63,580 bases of DNA. Source: Eubacteriales bacterium (lineage in GTDB: Bacteria > Bacillota > Clostridia > Oscillospirales > CAG-382). The stretch is taken from assembly GCA_045578045.1 (NCBI GenBank), contig JAZNJM010000081.1, forward strand, positions 1 through 63,580, written 5' to 3'. The notes below the pieces were generated by a model. It was not told where the DNA came from and ran no database searches. It saw only the letters and a list, made by a program, of their open reading frames with translations. The position numbers and the translations under genes were made by a program. Below are positions 18,525 through 28,535 of this stretch, piece by piece; position 1 is the first letter of the stretch; each line of letters starts with the position of its first letter.

Positions 18525-19553
18525 ATGAGAAAAATGTTAATATTATCAGAAATCCCCGAACCTATCGCCTCTTTCCTTTCATACAAAAGAGTTATTCAAA
18601 ATCGCTCAAAGCTGACTGTTGAAGAATATTATATTGATTTAAGAACTTTTTTCAGATATATAATAGCAACAAGACAAAAAGGCAATCTTTCCGATTTAAC
18701 AAAATATGATATATCATCTCTTGATTATGAAACTATAGAAAGCGTTTCAACAGAAGAAATATATGCATTTTTGCTTTTTGAAGCCGAAGATAAAAAAAAT
18801 GATTTTGCTTCAAGAGCAAGAAAACTTTCAGCAATTAAGTCTTTTTATAAATATCTTACAGTTAAATCAGGTAAAATTAAAAATAATCCCGCTAAAGATA
18901 TCGAGTCTCCAAAAAAGCCAAAACAGCTTCCGAAATATTTGTCTTTAGACGAATGTTTACAGCTTTTAAACGCTGTTTCAAAAGGGAGCGAACATTATTA
19001 CAGAGATTATTGTATTATAACTCTATTTCTCAACTGTGGGATGCGTTTATCAGAGCTTGTTGGAATTAACCTTTCTGACGTTGAAAACGACCTTTCAAAA
19101 TTAAAGGTTACAGGAAAAGGAAGTAAATCAAGAATTATCTATCTTAATGATGCTTGTAGAAATGCATTATCCCAATATCTTTTTGCAAAAAATAAAGAAA
19201 CCTCAAAACCAGGTTTTGTTCTTAATGATAAAAACGCTTTGTTTATTAGCGAAAGAGGAAACAGAATATCAAATAAAACTGTTCAATGGATGATAAAAAA
19301 ATATCTTGATATTGCAGGACTTTCAGGAAAAGGATACTCTGTTCATAAGCTAAGACATACCGCTGCAACCCTTATGTATCGTTCAGGAAACGTTGACGTC
19401 AGAGTTCTGAAAGATATATTAGGACACGAACAGCTTAATACAACACAAATTTATACACATATTTCAGATTCACAAATGAAAGCCGCAATGGATAATAATC
19501 CTCTCGCAGACATTAATATAAAAAAAGAAATGGATGTAAATAATAAAAAATGA
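18525..19553 (+). CDS. Tyrosine site-specific recombinase, XerC/XerD family
   Basis: N-terminal SAM-like domain. C-terminal catalytic motifs GMRLSEL, HKLRHTAAT and GHEQLNTTQIYTH. Confidence 0.9.
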   Translation: MRKMLILSEIPEPIASFLSYKRVIQNRSKLTVEEYYIDLRTFFRYIIATRQKGNLSDLTKYDISSLDYETIESVSTEEIYAFLLFEAEDKKNDFASRARKLSAIKSFYKYLTVKSGKIKNNPAKDIESPKKPKQLPKYLSLDECLQLLNAVSKGSEHYYRDYCIITLFLNCGMRLSELVGINLSDVENDLSKLKVTGKGSKSRIIYLNDACRNALSQYLFAKNKETSKPGFVLNDKNALFISERGNRISNKTVQWMIKKYLDIAGLSGKGYSVHKLRHTAATLMYRSGNVDVRVLKDILGHEQLNTTQIYTHISDSQMKAAMDNNPLADINIKKEMDVNNKK

Positions 19554-20314
19554 TATTCACAGAAATTAGCTTCAAAGACAATGATTTTGACGATAATAAT
19601 ATTTTAAAAACCTCTTCCCTTCTTAAAATATTGCAAGATGCAGCCGTTTCTGATGCGGAACAGTTTGGAGCAAGTCATAAGAATTTACTGAATGATAATA
19701 TGTTTTTTGCTGTATATAGAAATATTTTAACTGTAAAAGAGCAAATAAAAAAAGGTGTAGAAAAAGCATATCTCTTAACGTTCCAAAGCGGACACGACAG
19801 AATGAAATTTATGAGAAGCTATTTTGTTTATCTACAAAAACCTACACTTTCGAATGAGTTTTCTAAAAAAACGTATGAATCAAGTAATATTGATCCGTCT
19901 GAAAATGCAATTATTATTTGCAACAGTATTTGGGTTTTAGTTGATTTTGAAAAGAGAAGACTTCTCAAGGCAGACTCTTTAAACTATCCCGTTGAAGAAT
20001 ATGAATATTCTTTTCCACGTCCTACAAAAGTTATAGTTGAAACAGATAGTAAAAATTTTCTTGGAGAATTTAAAGGAAACAATTATTATATTGACGAAAA
20101 TAAACACGTAAACAACACGGTATACGCTGATATCGTTTCTGATTTCGATTCAGAAAAAAAATCTTTTAATTATTTTGACGTAACGTATGAACACGAAATA
20201 CTTCCCGAAGACACCGTTCTTGTTTATTGCGAAAACACAGAAACAGGGAAAAAATTCACAGGGCTTTTAAAAGAAACCGAAACGTCCTGCTTCAGCGTTG
20301 AAATTAAATACTAA
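19550..20314 (+). CDS. Acyl-ACP thioesterase-like double hotdog protein
   Basis: Length, an N-terminal hotdog pattern and the DENKHVNNTVY motif are typical of bacterial acyl-ACP thioesterases. The start overlaps the recombinase stop (ATGA). Confidence 0.6.
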   Translation: MIFTEISFKDNDFDDNNILKTSSLLKILQDAAVSDAEQFGASHKNLLNDNMFFAVYRNILTVKEQIKKGVEKAYLLTFQSGHDRMKFMRSYFVYLQKPTLSNEFSKKTYESSNIDPSENAIIICNSIWVLVDFEKRRLLKADSLNYPVEEYEYSFPRPTKVIVETDSKNFLGEFKGNNYYIDENKHVNNTVYADIVSDFDSEKKSFNYFDVTYEHEILPEDTVLVYCENTETGKKFTGLLKETETSCFSVEIKY

Positions 20315-20331
20315 AACTATGGAGAAAAAAT

Positions 20332-20808
20332 ATGTCCTCAAATTCATCAAATACAAAAAAAGCACATAAATTAATAGTGCAGAATAAAAAAGCAAGACAC
20401 GATTATTTTATTGATGATACTTTCGAAGCGGGTATTGAGCTTTGCGGAACGGAAGTTAAATCTCTAAGAAACGGAGCTGTTAATCTTAAAGACTCTTTTT
20501 GCCGTTTTATTGACGGAGAGCTTTTTGCGTTGGGAATACACATAAGCCCATATGAAATGGGAAATATTTTCAATAGAGACCCAAGAAGAGACAGAAAACT
20601 TCTTCTACACCGAAGAGAGCTTGACAGACTTTTTGGCGCTGTTGGTAAAAAAGGTTTTTCAATTATTCCTCTCAGCTTGTATTTCTCCGGCAAATGGGTT
20701 AAGGTTGAATTAGGACTTTGCAGAGGTAAAAAGCTGTATGACAAACGTGAGGCAGATGCTAAAAAAACAATGGATATGGAAATGAGAAGAAACAGCATTG
20801 CCGATTAA
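20332..20808 (+). CDS. smpB: SsrA-binding protein
   Basis: A 158-aa protein with a typical SmpB sequence (NKKARHDYFI, GTEVKSLR, LLLHRRE). Confidence 0.95.
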   Translation: MSSNSSNTKKAHKLIVQNKKARHDYFIDDTFEAGIELCGTEVKSLRNGAVNLKDSFCRFIDGELFALGIHISPYEMGNIFNRDPRRDRKLLLHRRELDRLFGAVGKKGFSIIPLSLYFSGKWVKVELGLCRGKKLYDKREADAKKTMDMEMRRNSIAD

Positions 20809-20862
20809 TAACGTTTTTAAACATTAACAAAACGATTAAGACATATCAAGGATAGACTATAT

Positions 20863-21786
20863 ATGAGAATGAAACTTATTAAAAGAAAACAAAAAGATTT
20901 AAAAAGAATGCTTTTTGTTGTCAACCCCGTTGCAGGGAAAGGACTTGGCAAAAAATACGCCTTTTCTCTTATTACCTTTTTTTCAAAAAAAGGGTATAAC
21001 GTAACTGTACATCCAACAGACTGTGATTCTGAAACAAACAAAGAATTTGTTAAAAATAACGCCCGTTTTTACGATATTATCGTCTGTTGCGGCGGAGACG
21101 GAACTCTTAACGAAACAATTTCAGGTATTATTTCTGCAAAGTCTAACGTTCCTCTTGGATATATTCCTTTAGGAACAACAAACGATTTTGCAAAAACCCT
21201 TGGAATTTCTTCCTCTCCTCTTAAAGCCGCAAACGCAATTGTAAAAGGAAAAGTTAAAAAAATAGATTGCGGTTCATTCAACGGAAAAAATTTTGTATAC
21301 GTTGCCGCAGTTGGAGCATTTACTCAGGCATCATATGCAGCAACTCCCGCTGAAAAAAGATACCTTGGCTCTCTTGCGTATATGATTAAAGGAGTTGAAA
21401 GTCTTGCAAAGCTAAAACCGTTTCATTTAAAAGCAAAGGTTGGAGATTCCATTATCGAAGGAGACTATTTATACGCCTCCGTTTCAAACGCAACGTCTCT
21501 TGGAGGAATTTTCAGACTTGATCCTGAAAAAGTAAAGATTGATGACGGAATATTTGAGTTTGTTCTCGTTAAAGCTCCCACAAACTTTTCTGAAAAAAGC
21601 AAATTGGTTACGGGATTGCTCACCGAAAGCCTTAACTCAGAATACGTTGACCTTAAATATTCAACAGAAATAAAAATTAAGCTCAACTCTCCAATGACCT
21701 GGTCTCTTGACGGTGAAAACGGAGGTGAATACAAAGAAATTGTTATAACAAACCTTAAAGGAATTATAAATATGGTTGGTATTTGA
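20863..21786 (+). CDS. Diacylglycerol/lipid kinase, YegS/BmrU family
   Basis: Motifs NPVAGKG, GGDGTLNE and PLGTTNDFA. Confidence 0.88.
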   Translation: MRMKLIKRKQKDLKRMLFVVNPVAGKGLGKKYAFSLITFFSKKGYNVTVHPTDCDSETNKEFVKNNARFYDIIVCCGGDGTLNETISGIISAKSNVPLGYIPLGTTNDFAKTLGISSSPLKAANAIVKGKVKKIDCGSFNGKNFVYVAAVGAFTQASYAATPAEKRYLGSLAYMIKGVESLAKLKPFHLKAKVGDSIIEGDYLYASVSNATSLGGIFRLDPEKVKIDDGIFEFVLVKAPTNFSEKSKLVTGLLTESLNSEYVDLKYSTEIKIKLNSPMTWSLDGENGGEYKEIVITNLKGIINMVGI

Positions 21787-21798
21787 GCTAATCTAAAA

Positions 21799-21830
21799 AC
21801 AGAGCTATATAAAAACTGCTCTGTTTTTTT
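21799..21830 (+). terminator. Rho-independent terminator
   Basis: ACAGAGC-12 nt-GCTCTGT followed by a T-run. Confidence 0.75.
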
Positions 21831-21901
21831 CTCAATTATATTTATATTTAAAAAGTTTAATATCTTTTTACCAATTTTTTTTATGTTTTTCTAAAATATA
21901 C

Positions 21902-21930
21902 TTGACTTAATACAAAAAATTGTGTATAAT
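21902..21930 (+). promoter_or_regulatory. Sigma-A-type promoter upstream of secD
   Basis: TTGACT (21902-21907), 17-nt spacer, TATAAT (21925-21930). Confidence 0.6.
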
Positions 21931-22030
21931 ACTCCCGTTGACTGTATGTTTTTTATAATGCGGTCAAGGGGAGTATGCATCCCTTGAAAATTGCATAAGC
22001 AACTTATTTATTACCGGGAGGTTTAAAATT

Positions 22031-23368
22031 ATGAATTGGTTTAAAGCAGTCTCCGTATCAAAGTTTTTGCTTTTGATACTCTGTACGGTTTTACTTTTCG
22101 CTATCGTCCTTTTAGGTACTCCAGACGTTGCATTCTTGGGTTCTTTGGGCGTTTTTGAAGAAGGTGCTATCACTTTAGGTCTTGACCTTAATGGTGGTTC
22201 AATCATCACTTATGAAGCTGTTCCCCAAGATGAAAAAGGGAAAATTACAGCAGATGGTATGGCAGACGTTGAAGAAGTTATGCGTAAACGTCTTGACAAT
22301 ATGGGTTATACCGAAGCATTGGTTTACCTCATCGGAGACAACTGTGTCCGTATAGAGATTCCCGGTATTTCAAATCCAACAAAAGCTGTTGAAACAATTG
22401 GTTCTACTGCAAAGCTCTCCTTCACAGATGATGACGGAAAAGAATTTATGACCGGAGACAACGTTGATGGTGCATATGCCCAATATTACGACTCGGACAA
22501 CGATGGTATTCCCGAATGGTCTGTTTCTCTCAACCTTGATGATGACGGAGCTGTTAAATTTGCAAATGCAACTGAAAAAGCAGCTGCTCTTTCATCACAA
22601 AGCAAAAACTATATTTCTATTTATCTTGACAACAGCGTTATTTCAAGAGCATCTGTTAGCGGAAAAATCACAGGCGGACATGCTTCTATAAGCGGTGATT
22701 TTGATCAAGAATACGCAGAAGAGCTTGCTGCTCTTATTAACGGTGGTTCTCTCCCCTATGACCTTCTTTGTGATGGAACACACGGAAGTCTTAGCTCTGT
22801 TGCTGCTTCCCTTGGTGAACGTTCCTTAGAAACAAGCCTTATTGCAGGCGGAATTGGTATTCTCCTTGTTTTAATTTTTATGATTATTATGTATAAGTTC
22901 CTTGGAGTTATTTCTTCTCTTGGACTTCTTGCATATACTGCAATTATGGGTATTCTTCTTATTGTTACAAAAGCAAACCTCACCCTTCCGGGTATTGCAG
23001 GTATTATCCTTGGTATCGGTATGGCGGTTGACGCTAACGTTGTTATTTTTGAAAGAATTAAAGAAGAAATCAGAGCAGGAAGATCAACAGCAGCCGCTGT
23101 TAAAGCTGGTTTCTCCAACGCTCTTTCCGCTGTTATTGACTCTAACATAACAACACTTATTGCAGCAGGTGTTCTTTGGTATCTCGGCTCTGGTCCAATT
23201 CAAGGCTTTGCAGTTACTCTTATGATGTCTGTTATCGTTTCTATGTTCACATCTGTTTTTGTTACAAAATCATACCTCAAAATTGGTATTGACCTTGGAA
23301 TTACAAAAACTTCTGCGTATGGTGTTAAAATTAAAGACATTTCTGCAAACGCAGACAAAAATTCCTAA
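22031..23368 (+). CDS. secD: Protein translocase subunit SecD
   Basis: N-terminal TM helix, a large periplasmic-type loop, and a C-terminal 5-TM bundle with the GIGMAVDANVVIFERIKEE motif. Confidence 0.93.
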   Translation: MNWFKAVSVSKFLLLILCTVLLFAIVLLGTPDVAFLGSLGVFEEGAITLGLDLNGGSIITYEAVPQDEKGKITADGMADVEEVMRKRLDNMGYTEALVYLIGDNCVRIEIPGISNPTKAVETIGSTAKLSFTDDDGKEFMTGDNVDGAYAQYYDSDNDGIPEWSVSLNLDDDGAVKFANATEKAAALSSQSKNYISIYLDNSVISRASVSGKITGGHASISGDFDQEYAEELAALINGGSLPYDLLCDGTHGSLSSVAASLGERSLETSLIAGGIGILLVLIFMIIMYKFLGVISSLGLLAYTAIMGILLIVTKANLTLPGIAGIILGIGMAVDANVVIFERIKEEIRAGRSTAAAVKAGFSNALSAVIDSNITTLIAAGVLWYLGSGPIQGFAVTLMMSVIVSMFTSVFVTKSYLKIGIDLGITKTSAYGVKIKDISANADKNS

Positions 23369-23383
23369 GAAGGAGGCTGCAAA

Positions 23384-24301
23384 ATGAAGAATTATAACTT
23401 TATGAAAAATAGCAAAACAGCATTTATTATCGCAGCAGTTGTCCTTGTTTTAGGTGTTCTTTCTATGCTTATCAGAGGTTTTAACCTTGATATAGACTTT
23501 GCTGGCGGTACTGAGCTTTCAATTTCCATTGGCAAAAACGTTACGTCTGAGCTTGATAACATTAAAGCTATTGTTAAAGACGTTATTGGTGAAGAAGCAT
23601 CTTCTGTTGCAAAATCAGGTTCTGATGCAAATCAGGCTATTATCAAAACAAAAGAGCTTTCAAACGAAACAACAGATAAACTCTTTGAAGCACTTAAAGA
23701 AAAATACAACCTCACTGCTGAGACATTTGACTCTATTGAAACAGTTGGCTCAACAATAAGCGGTGATACACAGAAAACAGCTATTGTTTCTTGTCTTGTT
23801 GCTGTTGCTCTTATTCTCGTTTATATTACAATTCGTTTCCAATTTACATCAGGTCTTTCTTCAATTGTTTGTCTTGCATTTAACATTTTCACAATGCTTG
23901 CATTCTACTCTTTGTTGCAAATTCCTGTTAACTCAAACCTTATTGCCGCTTGTCTTACAATTCTCGGTTATTCTATCAATGCAACTATCGTTGTTTTCGA
24001 TAGAGTTAGAGAAAACAACAGAAAATTCAAGTTGGCAGAATTTGACGATAATGCAAACCTTGCTGTTCAACAGACACTTGCACGTTCTATCAACACAACT
24101 ATAACAACCCTTCTTACCATTGGTATGGTTTACATTCTCGGCGTTGATTCCATTAAAGACTTTGCTCTTCCTATTATCATTGGTATTATCGCAGGTGTAT
24201 TTTCTTCTGTTTTCCTTGGTGCTCCCCTTTGGAGTAAATTCAACAAAATTTTCAAAGTTAACGCAAAACAGAATAAAAAAGAAAAAACAAAAAAAGCATA
24301 A
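23384..24301 (+). CDS. secF: Protein translocase subunit SecF
   Basis: LDIDFAGGT near the N-terminus, a SecF TM bundle and the GYSINATIVVFDRVREN motif. Confidence 0.93.
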   Translation: MKNYNFMKNSKTAFIIAAVVLVLGVLSMLIRGFNLDIDFAGGTELSISIGKNVTSELDNIKAIVKDVIGEEASSVAKSGSDANQAIIKTKELSNETTDKLFEALKEKYNLTAETFDSIETVGSTISGDTQKTAIVSCLVAVALILVYITIRFQFTSGLSSIVCLAFNIFTMLAFYSLLQIPVNSNLIAACLTILGYSINATIVVFDRVRENNRKFKLAEFDDNANLAVQQTLARSINTTITTLLTIGMVYILGVDSIKDFALPIIIGIIAGVFSSVFLGAPLWSKFNKIFKVNAKQNKKEKTKKA

Positions 24302-24310
24302 TGTTTTTTT

Positions 24311-24347
24311 AAGCGGTAGCCGACATTTGTCTATGCTACCGCTTTTT
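24311..24347 (+). terminator. Rho-independent terminator
   Basis: AAGCGGTAGC-14 nt-GCTACCGCTT followed by TTT. Confidence 0.85.
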
Positions 24348-24427
24348 CACCATATAATAGCACTAATTAAATAATATAATATCACAAATATAATAAATTA
24401 TTTTTTACGTTTCGAAAGGAATATATT

Positions 24428-25429
24428 ATGGTACTTATTACTGGAATTGCAGGTTACATTGGTTCTCACACGGCGTATGCTCTCTCTCAAGCAGGATTTG
24501 ACTTTGTTGGAATGGACAATTTTGTTAATAGCAGACGCGAAAATATTAAAGTTTTAAAAGAGCTTACAGGAAAAGACTTTAAATTTTATGAAGTTGATAT
24601 GTTAGATGAAGAAGGAATGGAAAAAATCTTCGCAGAAAACAATATAGATTCAGTTATTCATTTTGCAGGACTTAAAGCTGTTGGCGAATCTGTTGAAAAA
24701 CCTGTTTTATATTATCATAACAACATAACAGGAACTCTTATTCTTCTCGAAAAAATGAAAAAATACGGTTGCAAAAAAATTGTTTTTTCCTCTTCTGCAA
24801 CTGTTTACGGAAATCCCGAAACTGTTCCTGTCAACGAAGATATGCCAACTTCAACAACTAATCCATATGGTTCTACAAAATTGATGATTGAAAATATCCT
24901 AAGAGACGTTTGCGTTGCTGATAAAGATTTTTGTGCTGTTCTTCTTAGATACTTTAATCCCATTGGTGCACATAAATGCAAAAAAATTGGTGAAAATCCA
25001 AATGGTATTCCAAACAACCTTATGCCTCGTCTTTGCCAAGCAGCATTGGGAATAACAGAATCACTCACAGTTTTCGGTACTGATTATCCAACTCCAGACG
25101 GAACGGGCGTAAGAGATTATATCCACGTTTGCGACCTTGCAGACGGTCATACAGCCGCTTTAAAGAAAGCTATGGTTTCAACGGGTGCACTCACATATAA
25201 CCTTGGAACAGGAAACGGATATAGCGTTTTCGACCTTATTAACACATTCTCAAGAGTAAACGGAGTTGAAATTCCATATAAAATTTGCCCACGCCGTCCA
25301 GGAGACGTTCCCGCTGTTTATGCTTGTCCCGATAAAGCATACAATGAATTAGGATGGAAAGCAAAATTTGGTCTTGAAGATATGTGTATAGACAGTTGGG
25401 AATTTATCAAAGAAGCTACAAAAAAATAA
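24428..25429 (+). CDS. galE: UDP-glucose 4-epimerase
   Basis: Rossmann motif GIAGYIGSH, catalytic YGSTK, and GalE-like sequence throughout. Confidence 0.92.
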   Translation: MVLITGIAGYIGSHTAYALSQAGFDFVGMDNFVNSRRENIKVLKELTGKDFKFYEVDMLDEEGMEKIFAENNIDSVIHFAGLKAVGESVEKPVLYYHNNITGTLILLEKMKKYGCKKIVFSSSATVYGNPETVPVNEDMPTSTTNPYGSTKLMIENILRDVCVADKDFCAVLLRYFNPIGAHKCKKIGENPNGIPNNLMPRLCQAALGITESLTVFGTDYPTPDGTGVRDYIHVCDLADGHTAALKKAMVSTGALTYNLGTGNGYSVFDLINTFSRVNGVEIPYKICPRRPGDVPAVYACPDKAYNELGWKAKFGLEDMCIDSWEFIKEATKK

Positions 25430-25439
25430 ACGTATATTT

Positions 25440-26693
25440 ATGATAAAAAAACTTGATAACCGTATTTTTAAAATTGCTTTCATAATACTTTCATCTACAA
25501 TTATCCTTTTTGGAGCATCTTGCTCTGAAAAGGATAACAGCTATGATGAAAATTCTAAAATTTCAGAGGAACTTTTATCGTCAAACGAGCTTGATAATTC
25601 AACTCTTTCTGAAAACTTATCTGAAAATCAAAGCAACGTTTTTTCCAATGAAAGTAATGAAACGTCAGATAAATTAACATCTTGTGAGTCTGATATCTCA
25701 ACCGAAAGCAATTTTTCTGAAAGCTACGAAAGCTATGAAAGTTATGAAAGCTCTGAAAACTACGAAAGTTTTGATAGCTCTGAAATCTTTGAAAGTTTTG
25801 AAGAATCTGAAAGTTCTTTTAATTCACAAAATTCAGAAGATAATTATAGTTCTGCCGATTCAGACGAAATTAAAGATAAAATCTTTTCAGAACCCATTGG
25901 ATTTGAATATACAACGTCTAAGGGGAATGTTTTTATAACAAATTGCAAAGATGATAAAGTTTTAAACATTATGGAGGAAATTGCAGATACTGCATCAGAG
26001 TATAATAAAACAACGGTATATTATACAGACGTTGAACAAAAATATTTCTTTGCATATAACGTTAATTTGACACATAATACAGCAAGTACCATAAAAGCTC
26101 CATACGCCGCTTACATTCTCCAAAGCGGAGCAGACCTTTCTGAAGTTCTTGTTATGGAAAAACGACATATATTTACAGGAAGCGGAGTTTTAAAAAACAA
26201 AGAAGCAGGAAGCAAGTTTACTGTTTCTGAGCTTATACGCTATATGATAACAAGAAGCGATAATACAGCGTATGCAATGCTTCTTGAAAGATTCGGCACA
26301 CAAGGTTTCAGAGAATATGCAAAAAAACTTGGAGTTGATTTCAAATTGCCAAGCGGAGGATATACAACTTGCAAAATTCGCGAAATGGCAGCTTTTCTTC
26401 TTGATATTTATAATTATCAAGAAACAGAAAGAGGAAAGACTCTCATTAAACATATGAAAAACTGTTCATATTCCTTGCAAATTCCCAAATCAGTTTCTCA
26501 CGATGTTGCTCATAAATTTGGTTTTATTTATGAAGGAAAGGCTTTTCACGATATGGGAATAGTTTATGCCCCCTCACCCTATTTAGAGCTTATTTTTACA
26601 AGAATTAACGGTTCTGTATACGATACAAAGGCATTTATTCAAATTGGAAAGCTGGTTGAAAAGCTAAATATGGAGCTTTCTGAAAAATATTAA
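25440..26693 (+). CDS. Lipoprotein with a class-A beta-lactamase-like serine hydrolase domain
   Basis: Lipobox FGASC, a long S/E/N-rich linker, then the motifs STIK (SxxK), SDN and HKFG (KTG-like). Confidence 0.7.
   Translation: MIKKLDNRIFKIAFIILSSTIILFGASCSEKDNSYDENSKISEELLSSNELDNSTLSENLSENQSNVFSNESNETSDKLTSCESDISTESNFSESYESYESYESSENYESFDSSEIFESFEESESSFNSQNSEDNYSSADSDEIKDKIFSEPIGFEYTTSKGNVFITNCKDDKVLNIMEEIADTASEYNKTTVYYTDVEQKYFFAYNVNLTHNTASTIKAPYAAYILQSGADLSEVLVMEKRHIFTGSGVLKNKEAGSKFTVSELIRYMITRSDNTAYAMLLERFGTQGFREYAKKLGVDFKLPSGGYTTCKIREMAAFLLDIYNYQETERGKTLIKHMKNCSYSLQIPKSVSHDVAHKFGFIYEGKAFHDMGIVYAPSPYLELIFTRINGSVYDTKAFIQIGKLVEKLNMELSEKY
25716..25816 (+). repeat. In-frame short-period coding repeat (Y/F-E-S units)
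   Basis: GAAAGCTAYGAAAGYTATGAAAGC... encodes SYESYESYESSENYESFDSSEIFESFEESESS. Confidence 0.7.
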
Positions 26694-26729
26694 TGCTGTT
26701 TACACTATAAAAAGTCAGGAATTAAACTA

Positions 26730-28535
26730 ATGGATATAAATAAAATAAGAAATTTTTCAATTATTGCACATATTGACCACGGCAAATCTACTTTAGCTGA
26801 CCGATTATTAGAAAAAACAAATTCCATTTCTCAAAGAGAAATGGACGATAGAATCCTCGACAATATGGAGCTTGAAAAAGAAAGAGGTATAACTATAAAG
26901 GCAAGAGCTGTTTGCTTTAAATATAAGGCAAATGACGGAGAAACGTATACCTTCAATCTTATCGACACTCCAGGACACGTTGACTTTAACTATGAAGTCA
27001 GCCGTTCTCTAAAGGCTTGTGAAGGTGCCCTTCTTGTAGTGGATGCAACCCAAGGTATTCAAGCACAAAGTCTTGCAAACGCATATCTTGCTATAGAAGC
27101 AGATTTGGAAATTGTTCCCGTTATTAATAAAATTGATTTGGCAAGTGCTAATCCCGAAGGAGCAAAAGAAGAAATTGAAGAAATAATTGGTATTCCCGCT
27201 GATTATGCTCCTCTCATTTCTGCTAAATGCGGAATTAATATTGAAGACGTTCTCGAAGCGGTTGTTAAATATATTCCAGCTCCAAAAGGAGATCCGTCTG
27301 CCCCTCTTAAAGCTCTTATTTTTGACTCTTATTTTGATTCATACAAAGGTGTTATTGTTTATATAAGAGTTATTGACGGCACTCTTAAAATTGGTGATAC
27401 CGTTAAAATGATGAATACGGGAAAGGTTTTTGAAACAATTGAGGTAGGAACTCTTACCGCTTTCGGATTTAACAATTCAGGCGTTCTTTCCGCAGGTGAG
27501 GTTGGTTTTTTCACCGCAAGTATAAAAAACATTTCTGATACCGAGGTTGGAGATACGGTTACATTTGCAGAAAACGGAACTGATGTCCCTCTCGATGGAT
27601 TTAGAAAAGCCTTACCTATGGTTTTCAGCGGTATTTATCCCGCTGATGGTTCAAGACTTGGAGATTTAAGAGATGCGTTGGAAAAGCTCAGATTAAACGA
27701 TTCTGCTTTCATTTTTGAACCCGAAACCTCTTTAGCTCTTGGATTCGGTTTCCGTTGCGGTTTTCTTGGTCTTCTTCATATGGAAGTTATTCAGGAAAGA
27801 CTTGAAAGAGAGTTTAATCTCGACCTTATAACAACAGCTCCAAGCGTTATTTACGAAATAAAATTGAACAACGGTAATATAGTTCATATTGATAACCCTT
27901 CAAACTATCCATCCCCCGAAGAAATTGACGTTGCGTCTGAACCTGTTGTCAAAGCAACAATAATTACCCCCGCAACATACGTTGGAAACATTATGGAGCT
28001 TTGCCAAGACAGAAGAGGAACGTTTGTTGATATGAAATATATAACCTCAGACAGAGCAGAGCTTCATTATGAATTGCCTCTCAATGAAATTATATACGAT
28101 TTCTTTGATACGCTTAAATCTAAAACAAAAGGTTATGCTTCTCTTGATTATGAACCTTTAGGATATAAGCCTTCAAAACTCGTTAAATTAGATTTCTTGC
28201 TTAACGGCGAAGGAGTTGACTCTCTTTCCCTTATCGTTCATTCTGATAAGGCATATCCAAGAGCAAGACGCATTTGCGAAAAGCTAAAAGAAAATATTGA
28301 CCGTCAGCTTTTTGAAATACCAATTCAAGCCGCTATTGGAGGAAAAATTATAGCGCGTGAAACAGTTAAGGCTATGAGAAAAGACGTTCTCGCAAAATGC
28401 TATGGCGGTGATATAACAAGAAAGAAAAAACTTCTTGAAAAGCAAAAAGAGGGTAAAAAGAAAATGCGTTCTCTCGGAAGCGTTGAGGTTTCAAAAGAAG
28501 CATTTATGGCGGTTCTTAAGCTCGATGATGACTAA
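26730..28535 (+). CDS. lepA: Elongation factor 4
   Basis: G motifs [14 protein letters not shown] and NKID, plus the LepA-specific C-terminal domain. Confidence 0.97.
   Translation: MDINKIRNFSIIAHIDHGKSTLADRLLEKTNSISQREMDDRILDNMELEKERGITIKARAVCFKYKANDGETYTFNLIDTPGHVDFNYEVSRSLKACEGALLVVDATQGIQAQSLANAYLAIEADLEIVPVINKIDLASANPEGAKEEIEEIIGIPADYAPLISAKCGINIEDVLEAVVKYIPAPKGDPSAPLKALIFDSYFDSYKGVIVYIRVIDGTLKIGDTVKMMNTGKVFETIEVGTLTAFGFNNSGVLSAGEVGFFTASIKNISDTEVGDTVTFAENGTDVPLDGFRKALPMVFSGIYPADGSRLGDLRDALEKLRLNDSAFIFEPETSLALGFGFRCGFLGLLHMEVIQERLEREFNLDLITTAPSVIYEIKLNNGNIVHIDNPSNYPSPEEIDVASEPVVKATIITPATYVGNIMELCQDRRGTFVDMKYITSDRAELHYELPLNEIIYDFFDTLKSKTKGYASLDYEPLGYKPSKLVKLDFLLNGEGVDSLSLIVHSDKAYPRARRICEKLKENIDRQLFEIPIQAAIGGKIIARETVKAMRKDVLAKCYGGDITRKKKLLEKQKEGKKKMRSLGSVEVSKEAFMAVLKLDDD

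Noticed and set aside
18525-19553. The recombinase as a marker of an integrated mobile element or prophage.
   Set aside because: Its neighbours are housekeeping genes (smpB, a lipid kinase, secDF). No phage, conjugation or transposase genes are present, and no flanking att-like direct repeats were seen within the window.
20809-20862. tmRNA (ssrA) next to smpB.
   Set aside because: The flanking intergenic regions are far too short and show no tRNA-like acceptor/T-arm sequence.
21931-22030. Imperfect hairpins in the secD leader (CTCCCGTTGAC...GTCAAGGGGAG and TATGCA...TGCATA) as a possible riboswitch.
   Set aside because: There is no resemblance to a known riboswitch class that I can recognise. 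The stems contain mismatches, and the evidence is insufficient without covariation data.
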